A stretch of DNA of 64,000 nucleotides from Antedon mediterranea (lineage: Eukaryota > Animalia > Echinodermata): assembly GCF_964355755.1 (NCBI RefSeq), contig NC_092676.1, forward strand, positions 25,624,871 to 25,688,870. The letters run 5' to 3'. Below, piece after piece: positions 54,401 to 64,000 of this stretch (positions are counted from its first letter, which is position 1; every line of letters starts with the position of its first letter). The position numbers and the translations under genes are program-made. The notes under the pieces were generated by a model, which was not told where the DNA came from, ran no database searches, and worked only from the letters and a program-made list of their open reading frames with translations.

Positions 54401-57400
54401 CTATCATGTAGAATTGAAATTGTCTTGTCTTTATTATTATAGTGGGTTTTATGGTGTGCCCTAACTTACTGAATCAACCTAGAGCTGTCCATCTGTGGAA
54501 GCCAGCTCTGCAAGGTGGTTATTGTATCACCTTGTTTCGTGACGAAATCCTTACATTTCACAAATACATTGAAGTCTTCTTTGATTCTATCAAGGGGTAA
54601 GTACATCATCATTTTTATTCTCGGAGAATAGCATCTCAAGCGTGGTTCCCACTAGAATGTAACGCAGTGATGTCTCGAGGCAAAGTGATGTATTGCGTAA
54701 TCACAAGTGGGAAACATCGTTTGATGCAACGCAAGTCAAAAGGACACTGGAAAACAGTATCCGGGGTGAACCAGGTCAAAGTCTACCTGCAAGTAACATT
54801 GACGCGCAACAAGCAGGTTAGATTTCACGCAGGCGGCAGCAAACAAAATTATTGGAAGGGCATTTTCTTACGTTGTGTCAGTTGCATGCTATAGTGAGAA
54901 CCACGCTTCAATGATTTTAATACATCATCTTACCTTTACTATATATGGAAGTCCAAATTTGGAGATGCCATTACTATATATGGGTATTATGATGCTTGAT
55001 ACTTGATATTTACAGCATGGATATAATGCCATTACTATGGGTTTTTTCAGGTATAACAAGAAAGCGGCCGAAGTCAAAGAATGCAGTATACATGCTTTGC
55101 AGAATGCGTAAGTTTCTTTATACAAACACTAGCACAAAAATAAACAAAAAAATTCACATGTACCATCTGAAATGTATGTCATTTCTAGTTGTTCAAACCA
55201 GCTTTTTTAAAATTACAGTACATCTTGGTACATATATACTTTATGTTCTTTTCTACCTTTCAATTTCAGGCCGGAAGTGCATCGCGAACGACGCAAATAC
55301 TTGAGGATGGCGTTAAGAGAGTTGGTGACCATTCTTAGTGACCAGCCTGGACTCCTTGGTCCTAAGGTAAAAATATTCAGTATACCATACCGGTAGATTA
55401 TATATATAAGAACAACCAATCTAAAATCGGCCAGAAAATTCTGAAATAATTAAAATTACAAATATTACATTTTTGTCCTTAGGCATTGTATGTCTTTATG
55501 GCCTTGTCATTCACAAAGGATGAAATATTGTGGCTTGTCAGACACTCTGAATACAGACCACCTAGGTCAAAGGTCAAGATTAACACTGACGATCTAGTAG
55601 ATGAAAATCTTCCGGAGCTTTTATTCCTAGTGGAGGAATTACGCAGTAAGTATCAACAGATTATGGCAAATAATGTTACAGAAAAAAATAAAAATCACAA
55701 ATTCTTAACTGTCAACTTGCCCAACTTTGGACTAGCGATTTTAATAATTTCAGAATAAAAAAAACATTTGTTTATTTATATTTCAGGTCTTGTTAAAAAA
55801 TACAACCAGGTATTTCAACGTTATTATCTTCAGTACTTGAGAGGGTATGACGCCATTGTGCTGAACAACATTGTCAAGGTAAAATTATTGCATTTTTTTT
55901 TTTTGTGTTGTCTTGTTACAAATCTTTTTTGTATGTGCATTTTGTGTTTATATATATATATATAAACAGCACAGGCACAGAATAAATTCTAAACCTCCCA
56001 GTGATATATTGAAATTTAATTAATTAATTTGAAACGATAAAGATCAGGAAATCTGTGAGAATGAGAAAAAATAACCCCAACCGAGATTCGAACCCAGAAC
56101 CTTCTTCTTGATATGCAGATGTCTTAACCATTAGACCACTGGAGTTTTCATGGTATTGTTTAAACTCAAATGGATAGCGACTCTTTAACACTCTCGGCAC
56201 GTTACGGCAGAACAGCACTAGTCCCCACAGATCAAATTGATACACCCTCATCTTATAATTATATATTAAATTGTTTTTGTATTTTTTAGAGTCTAACTGT
56301 ATGTCCTGAAGATGAGTCTGTTATCTTAACATCATTTGTCAACACAATGGAAAGTCTTAGTGTGAAACAGAGTAAGTACTCGCCCACTTTACATTGCTAG
56401 CATCAATCTGTACACATTAAACACCGTAATAATTAAGTGTTACAGATTGTGTTGAGCATCAAGTTACTTAAACATACCCATTATTAGACTTGGTTCTCAT
56501 TAGAGAGGCAAGGCGAGTGACCAATGACAAGCGACCGTTTGAATAATCCATCGATTGTGATTGGTCAAATCACCTGCATTGTGTTACGTCCTTGCATTGC
56601 CTCTCTAGTGGGATCAATTTGTGACGACCGACGACCAAAGTATGTCATGTTAATTCAGTGTGAGTATGCCAAAGTACTGTATTGTGATGTGTTTCCTCCT
56701 TCCCCAACTTGTCATTGTTTAGATGGTCTCTATAGTAAGTCTAGGTGACGACCAATGATACATCGATTGACCTGACCTAGCAAGGTAGTCGCAAATCAAA
56801 AGCGTGTAAATTGCTCATCTTAATTTAGCATGATCTTTTGTATCTCGTAGTTGAAGAGGGAGAAATCTTTGATTTCCGTGGATTCCGACTGGATTGGTTC
56901 CGTCTGCAAGCCTACACCAGCGTCAGTAAGGCAACGCTGATGTTGACTGACAACCAGGATCTTGGTAGAACAATGAATTCCATTGTCTTTCATACCATGA
57001 TGGTGGATCATCTGGATGAACTTCTTCTGGAGACTTCTGATCTCAGCGTCTTCTGGTGAGTTCAGTTTATCATATTTTGCATTCAAGGCAAAGAAGAAAG
57101 CTCTGGCTACAATATCAAACTTAATGTGACAAAAAATGTGATGTGCCCATATGGACATGATGACATCATATATCACTACCATATTTGGGCATATCACTAC
57201 CATAATTGGGCATATCACTACCATATTTGGACACATTACACTATAGTGTAGACAGAGTTTTACTGTTTTTATTTTTCAATGAATTTTCTTATAAAGTTTG
57301 TTATATAATTACAGTTAAAATCAAAGACTTATTTTTTTCAGTCACTTTGGCCGATTCTTTGAGAAGTCATTTGAACAAGGCCTTAAGGATTTCTCCCAGA

Positions 57401-60400
57401 TACGCTACACCATTGCATACCCTCTCATATGCTCACACTTCATTGATTGTACTCACGACCTTTGCCCTGAAGAGGTAAGTTTGATTTCTTTTTATATCAA
57501 GGCAGTATTCGTTATCGTTATCTAAAAATGGAAAAGGTTATATTATCAGTAATAAATCTGTCTGTTTCCAAAATAAGTCAAATTGTCATCTATAATATTA
57601 GTCATGTGGTAGGAACTATTTTTCATGTTATCAATGATTACTGTACTTTTCTTTGTAATGTACATTATTTGTAATTTTTTTAATTATACGGTTTCCATTG
57701 TTTATTTAAGTTTAAATTTTTTTTAATTTGTCTCAAATCCAACGTTATTCTAATTTAAGGTTGACTTTTACCCCAGTTAGGCTTGGTAAAGTTATCTGTC
57801 TGGCGTATAAATTTTATAGATTTTTTCCCGCTATTTATTTTTATGTTTTGATGCGCAGTTTATTCAGTTATGATACGGTAATCTAAATAATTGTTTCAGA
57901 AAATGCCATGGGACTTCCGTGAAAACAAAACCTATTTCATGGATTTGGTAAGAAAAAAAAAAAGAATCCACCATTTGGATTGTTGGTTGCCCACCCTAAA
58001 GTTGTTCACAGTGTTTGGTTGCAATTTTTTAATTTCTAGTTGTTAAATTTGAGTTCAGTAGCTTTGTATCATTTTTTATTTTTTGTGAATTATATTATTT
58101 ATTTAAGATCATTAGTCATAACGATGTATTTTAATTTTTTAGAAATTGAATGTTGTCACCAAAAAAAAGACATAGCTTGAGTCTTTATAAAATTTTCATT
58201 ATTGAAAGAATGTCAGAAAGGTCAATGAAGGCTGTTAACAATGGGTCAAAGGTCATTACTTGATCATTCAAGCAGACAATAAATATCATGATTGCACCAA
58301 CATAGTTATAATACATTTTAGAAACAAACAGTAATATTTTCATATAAAAATATAAACGTCTCTTTTTGTGTGGTTGTTTTTGTTTTTATTTGTTCATTGC
58401 ATTGTTTTTTTTCTGATTGTTTTGTCATGTGCATGAGATTTTAAATTTCTGATGTACTAGAAACAAAATTTAGATAATGATTTGTTAAGAGAGCATGAAA
58501 CACAGGGTTAACATGTGTAGAAATGGTTTGTGTTCTTAGGAAAGGTAAATTCAGCCCTCATAATGGAATGGAACAGTCCATGATGTACTGCGCACCCCAA
58601 ACATGAATTACCCTATTGTCTTCATTAATACTAAATAGCAACAACTGCAAATGGTTAATGATACCGTACTACAGCATAATACAGTGTAGGGTAACACATA
58701 CCAAACATTGAAGACCTTATACACATTATGGAATTAATGATTTAGTCAATCTGAACATTTTTGGATAGATAACCACATTCAACATTGAAAAATAAAGTTA
58801 AAATAATTAAATATTTCTTGGGTATTTTTTACCAAATGGTATGTTGCATGTAAGCACCAATCAGGCAGAAGGGTTTTGAAACAAATTTGGAGTTGAATAA
58901 TGATGGTTTTTTTTAACAGCGTTATCATATTGGTGAGAGAAGTGTATCTGTGACAAATTTGTTCTTAGATGAAATGGCCAAGTCGGTGAAGAATGTTGTT
59001 ACCAAGATCTGTTCAGAGCAATGCACTCTCAGCGATCAGGTAATTAATACCTTTTGTTTCTTGGGAAATAAAAATACAGTTATTCTAGCCACTCTAAGAG
59101 TTGCTTTAATTTTCACTGTCTTTTTTCTCATAACCATCTTACTCGAGGTTCAGCGATAGTTCATGTCATTTTTCAAATAGTTGTCCCATGGAGAAATTAT
59201 ATTCCACCAACATAGTGTGTGTGTGTTATACATTATATTTTCTTATTATTTGTGATTTTCTTGAATGTAGCTTCTCCCGAAAAATGCAGCAATTGTTCTG
59301 GTTATTGACCTCCAAAAGAAGAATGCAATTAAAGAATTAAACAAGAAGTTAAAGAACGTACAATCGCCTCGGAAACCTGGACTAGAAAGCTTCCGAAAGA
59401 CCAGAGAAGACGTCACAGAGTAAGACCAACAATTCAAACTTGATTTACTCTATGAATTCTGTTCCGGAGAACAGAGCGGTGAAAATTGTTCCTCTGATTC
59501 TTTTTCCTTTTTTGGTTATCGCTCTGTTAAAGCTCTGTTTACACTATCAAAGTTTATGTGACAAACAAAATGTGATATGCCCATATATGGACAGTCACAT
59601 GATGATGTCATATCACTACCTTACTTTTGGCATATCAATACTATATTTTTGTACACTTTTTTTGTCAAACTAGTTTGATATTGTAGACAGAGCTTTAGGA
59701 TATTTTATGTATCATATTTGTGTGTAAAACATTGTATTAGGTGCTATATAAGACTGCAGTTATTATTTTTTAAACTTCATTACTTCACTTTATAAGATAA
59801 AGGTAAAAAAAACGTACCAATTGTACAATACCATATGAAGTTAACAGTTTGTTTTTTGTTATTATAGAATTGATGAACTTCACACTCAGCTGACAGAGCT
59901 TTGCTTCGCCATTAATTATTCATCGTCCATCACTGTCTGGGATCATGTGTTCTCTCCAAGAGAATATCTCATTCAGCATCTTGAGTCTCGCTTCTCAAAG
60001 TAATTGACAATTCTTTTAATTTTGTACTCATCTCACATCTAAAGCTCTGTCTACACTATCAACTTTATGTGACAAAAAAGGTGTGTGCCCAAATATGATG
60101 GTGATGTGCCTAAGTATAGTAGTGATATGATGTCACATTTTTTTGTCATTTTTTATAGTTTGATTGAATTGATTGAATATATATTTATACTGGGTAACCC
60201 CCTACTCGTCTCGAAAGATGCACTAGGTTCTTTAAAGTGCACACGAGCTAGATGTGTACACTGGACCTACGGTTTATAGTCCTTATCCGAGAAGACTCGT
60301 TCTACCACCAGAACCACGGAGTGAGTGAGCCTCGAACCGCTGCCGATGTTATGGCTACGTAATTACGGTTCCACTGTCTTAACCGCTCGGCCACTCACTC

Positions 60401-63400
60401 CCTACAGTGTAGACGGCTTAAGCAGAATTAAGTTAAATATCATATTTTAGTGATTCAAATCAAAAGAGGAATAATTAGCAAATGTAGATCATCATCAGTC
60501 GGCTGCGGAGCAGGCGACTACAAGCTTTCTCCAGCCACAACGGTCCTTGGCTAACACTGACAGCTTATCAGTTGTAATCATGCCTCCTTCATCCCCTAAA
60601 AGCTGTTGGATGTATCTCAGAAAGTTGGTTCTCTGCCTTCCTCATTTTCTTTTCCCATGTTGAGGAACATACAAAGCGTACTCTTTGCAGGGTTCGTCAT
60701 CAGGCATTCAGCAAATGTAGATAATTAACAGTTAAATGTTAAAATCCTTCCTTTTTTGACGTACCAATAATCTTATTATGTTACATTCATACGTTATCAG
60801 TAAATCAATACAATTTGTTTTAATTTCTGATTCACAGAGCCCTTGTGGGAATGATGATGTACAATCCAGACACTAAAGAAATAGCCAAGCCGTCTGAGTT
60901 ACTGCTTAGTGTTAAAACATACATGGGTGTACTACAGAGCATTGAGAACCAAGGTAAAATATATTACACTATCTCTATAGAGGTATTATACAACTTACTA
61001 TAGACAATGGACAACTGAGTATGGCCAATCAGATGGCTCTATGCCTACCTCACACTGAGACTTGGTTTATAAAGCATGTGTTTTCATCCTGTAATTGTTG
61101 ATATGTTGATTTTTGAATGCGAGACAAATGACATGTTCACCCTCCCCAAAGTCAGGACACAACACACAAAAAACTTCATTACTTTCCACGGAGTTTTCAA
61201 TGATTGTTGAATGATCAGAAACTGAGTTATGATAAGCAAATTGTGAACCCCTTTTGGTTTATGTTCCTGGACGTACTATGATGGCCATTGAAAGACTGAT
61301 TTGTGGACTATGATATATTTTAGTAACTTGTTTGATTTGTGTTATACTATGTTTTTTTTTCTTTTTTTTTCTTTGATAAAGTTTTTTTAAATATTTATGT
61401 CAACTTCATCACTGTTTACTTGATCCAATAAAGGAATTGAATATTAATAATAAAATAATGGTGTATTTATACATTTTTTTTAGTTCATATTGATATAACT
61501 CGAGTGTTCAACAGTGTGTTACTGCAGCAGACACAACAACAAGATGCACATGGTGAAAAGACAATAACACTCAACTACACAAACTGGTAAGTTTGTACTC
61601 ATTGCCGTCGGTGATGGCTGTCAGAAACTTGCTCCAAAACCAATTGTTGTCTTGTTAGCTACCATGACTAGAATTTGGAATAAAACCATGTAACAATGTT
61701 AATTTATTTAAATACTGTAGTTTTATCTATTCAATTAAATTAAATTCAATTCAAAAGACATTTATTTTCCTCCATAGCAATACAATACAAAATAATAAAC
61801 AGAAATGGTAAGGTATATTAAAAAATGAAATAGTGGAAGACTTTTATTATGCTAACCAGTCACCAATCAGCTTCAATGCAGAGTACGAACCTTGAGTACT
61901 GACATATTCATAGAAACGTATCTATGTATATACCTGTATGTCATTAAGTGTCTAATGCCTCTATGTGCCTAATGCCTCTATGTGCCTACTATGTCTCTAT
62001 GTGCCTATGTCTGTATGTGCCCTATGTCTCTATGTCCCTACATGTCTATTCCTATGTCTATGTCTGTTCTTACAGTTTTATCAATCTTGGTTTATTACTC
62101 CTTTCGCTTGTGTTATTGTGTTTCGCTTTTTTCCTAACAGGTATTTAGAGACATTGCTGCGCCGTGTGACTGCTGGCCAGATCTGCTACTCTCCCTACCA
62201 AAAGGCCTTCGTCAGCCTGGCTCCAGACCCACAGCTTCCATTCAATGCTGAGGAGTACACTGATATCACAGGTGCCCTTAATATACAATTCTTCTACTTT
62301 AATTTGTTTATAACTAATCTGTAACAGACAGGATCTATGATGGGAAGATGGCGAAATCAATATGATCACACCACATATTTACAATAGTTTATTGTTAAGA
62401 TTTGCATGGCAAAATCAAATGTTAATATAAAGTTTGCGTTACACCACATACAGTAGTTTAGTTTGCGACATTTTGATCAATATATTTTGATCGTCCTCTG
62501 GAGTGAATTTTGTCATGCAAACGATATAAGATATTGATGGTTATAATGATGATTATGTTTCAGAGTTACGGGCTTTGGCAGAATTGCTTGGTGCTTACGG
62601 AATGAAGTTTCTGCGTGAGAGTTTGATGTGGCATATCGCAAGTCAGATTGGTGAGCTCAAGGTAAGGTCAATGCAATAAAGTTTCCACCATCTTCATTTA
62701 ACTTCTAATGAGAACAATTATCTTCTGAAAAGGTCCATACTTATTATTGTTGATAATTATTTTGTTTCTTTTTCTGATAGAAATTGGTCGTAGAAAATCA
62801 TGATGTTCTCCAACAACTCAGAACAAGTTTTGACCAGCCAGAGAAAATGACAGAACTCTTCCAGCAACTTAAATGTAAGTTGATATACATGATTAAACTT
62901 AACTGTAACTTGCTATACTGTAGGTGATTTAAAACAATGTTTTCTACTATTATACCACCCTTAATAGTAATATACGAGACATATTGCTAAAAAAAATCTC
63001 TCTCTGAAAATATTTTCAAAAACAACATTTCTTTGAAGAAATAATATTTGCAATAGTCCCTTGACAAAGCTATACTAATTTACTTTAACTGAGCTTTATT
63101 GACAGAGCTAGCTTTAAATAATTTTAGTTAATCATTTTTGTTGTCTTGCTTTTAGATGTTGATAACTTGATGACTCGACTGAACATTATTGGTGTCATTT
63201 TGGCCTTTAAATGTCTCACTCAAGAGGCTTTAGCTGATGTAAGTGTAATTTGTATAAATTAAACCTGTTAAATACTGTCCAAATTCCTTTATCTTACATT
63301 ATTTTTACTGCAATAAATTACAAATTATTTACCTAATGGTTATTAACAATTTAGGTGCTGGGTATACGAGTACCGTTCCTAAACAACTCGGTCATCGACT

Positions 63401-63517
63401 TCCGTGAACATGTGCCGGATGGTAGCTCCATGATCGTTAACGAGTTGGCCTCCAGCGTTGGCCTTTCTGTGAATGTAGACCCAGCACTTGTACGTGCTTT
63501 GCAATCTGAGAAAAGCA
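48467..63517 (+). CDS. NCKAP1: Nck-associated protein 1 (Nap1/Hem-2, WAVE regulatory complex), exons 1-26, 3'-partial (986 codons in window)
   Basis: join(48467-48571,49115-49225,49366-49458,49657-49713,49979-50121,50753-50843,52030-52167,53831-53879,54443-54596,55051-55107,55270-55366,55483-55645,55787-55878,56290-56371,56851-57055,57342-57474,58920-59039,59271-59419,59868-59999,60838-60953,61484-61586,62141-62271,62564-62661,62781-62874,63156-63238,63355-63517), phase-consistent. Starts [25 protein letters not shown]; motifs [49 protein letters not shown]. Confidence 0.97.
51519..51559 (-). ncRNA. Degenerate Penelope-type minimal hammerhead motif
   Basis: Minus strand reads GCA-CTGATGA-A-GGGC-tagtgtt-GCCC-GAAT-GC-TC-TGC. 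Stems I and II are intact but the core GAAA is mutated to GAAT. Confidence 0.5.
51581..51930 (+). mobile_element. 5S rRNA-derived SINE (SINE3-type)
   Basis: 51581-51690 aligns to nearly all of animal 5S rRNA (ACACCGGTTCTCGTC.GATCACCGAAGTTAAGC...CTTGGATGGG.GACC..CTGGGAATA.CGGGTGCTGTA) with many substitutions and no T-run terminator. Followed by a ~210-bp body and an (AAAAT)-rich tail. Confidence 0.8.
52946..53056. mobile_element. Small Tc1/mariner-pogo-like MITE
   Basis: TIR CAGTAGAACTCCT / AGGAGTTCTATTG, internal GTCCCCTTAA repeats; a related decayed copy at ~872-1120. Confidence 0.55.
53215..53630. repeat. ~53-bp minisatellite, ~7 copies
   Basis: Unit AAATATGGAGATACAATTACTATATATGGGCATTATGACATACCTTAATAACC. 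Confidence 0.9.
54143..54195 (+). repeat. Short interstitial (TTAGGG)n tract
   Basis: About 8 imperfect TTAGGG units in NCKAP1 intron 8. Confidence 0.9.
54639..54907. mobile_element. PIF/Harbinger-like MITE
   Basis: TIR AGCGTGGTTCCCACTA / TAGTGAGAACCACGCT, TCA/TCA TSD. Confidence 0.8.
55950..56265 (-). mobile_element. Second copy of the (TA)n-associated tRNA-bearing repeat
   Basis: Colinear with 32785-33110; abuts (TA)n at ~55949-55964. Confidence 0.75.
57900..57947 (+). CDS. Candidate 48-nt cassette exon of NCKAP1 ([16 protein letters not shown])
   Basis: ttgtttcag acceptor, TTG|gtaaga donor, 16 open codons, phase 0/0 matching the host intron. Confidence 0.55.
60163..60400 (-). mobile_element. 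tRNA-derived SINE with Deu/Nin-like core, nested in MITE 60043-60418
   Basis: Head GGAGTGAGTGGCCGAGCGGTTAAG...GGTTCGAGGCTCACTCACTCC, core TCTTCTCGGATAAGGACTATAAACCGTAGGTCC...TTAAAGAACC...GAGTAGGGGGTTACCC, TTCAA-repeat tail. Splits the MITE right TIR. Confidence 0.75.
60490..60709 (-). mobile_element. 5'-truncated RTE-like LINE 3' end with 13-bp TSD
   Basis: TSD AGCAAATGTAGAT at 60477-60489 and 60710-60722. Encodes [37 protein letters not shown]...[19 protein letters not shown] followed by a (TGA)n tail. Confidence 0.85.
61915..62070. repeat. Degenerate (TATGTC/TATGTGCC) simple repeat
   Basis: Low-complexity tandem array upstream of NCKAP1 exon 22. Confidence 0.8.
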
Positions 63518-64000
63518 GTAAGTTGGTTTATATTTTTATTGATTATCCACATATTAAATCGACATTATTTACATCAACAAATTTGTAGTTAAGCTCTGTG
63601 TACACTATGAAAAAAAAGAAAAAAAAAACAAAAAAAAATTATGTTTTCACTAGTAAAATGACAAAATAAATGGTTAAATTCAACCAAAAATGCATTGGCT
63701 GGCAGCCAATTTGACAATTTTTTGCCTTCAATTACATTTTTTCAGGTAAATACATATTTTTTCAATCCAATTTTTGGTCAAAGTGGATAACTATTATGTT
63801 GCATTAAAATGGAATATTCAACAAAATTTTTTTAAGAATTATTTTTTCAGGGGGACAATACATCTTTAAGAATAAGAATCTTTCAATTACACCACACTAT
63901 ATTTTACTATAAAACCAATAGAACGTAAATACAAACTCTTAGCATTCCTAATAAATTTGTGTTGTGATAGATTGCATAACTGACCCCAATTCTTAGTATA

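Noticed and set aside
62272-62563. U12-type intron (donor GTGCCCTT)
   Set aside because: Two mismatches to GTATCCTT and no TCCTTAAC branch site; treated as a weak U2 donor.
609-63588. Most short ORFs in the supplied track
   Set aside because: They are repeat-derived, antisense to real exons, or AT-rich intron read-through; only those overlapping the exons listed above are supported.

Overview
AT-rich, intron-rich animal genomic DNA, probably an invertebrate deuterostome such as an echinoderm (inferred from a Deu/Nin-core SINE, TAGGCCTA-rich promoter flanks and intron positions). Four protein-coding loci were assembled by hand from GT-AG boundaries. (1) Minus strand, running off the left edge: the 5' part of a RIPOR/FAM65-family gene. 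Its common phase-0 exon (3846-4006) can be reached from an array of alternative ATG-containing exons spread over about 25 kb, one of them a giant 769-codon basic, disordered exon. (2) A complete 11-exon NUP35/Nup53 (36590-40830, +), head-to-head with the RIPOR gene. (3) A compact 5-exon PHF13/PHF23-type PHD-finger gene (42334-44732, +). (4) The first 26 exons of NCKAP1/Nap1/Hem-2 (48467 to beyond the right edge, +), plus a candidate extra 48-nt cassette exon. Introns contain about 17 copies of one PIF/Harbinger-like MITE, other MITEs, Helentron-type HINEs, tRNA- and 5S-derived SINEs, an RTE-like LINE stub with TSD, two Penelope-type minimal hammerhead motifs, a 113-bp palindrome and several minisatellites. 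No CRISPR array or prokaryotic system is present. Family assignments come from remembered motifs, not from database searches.
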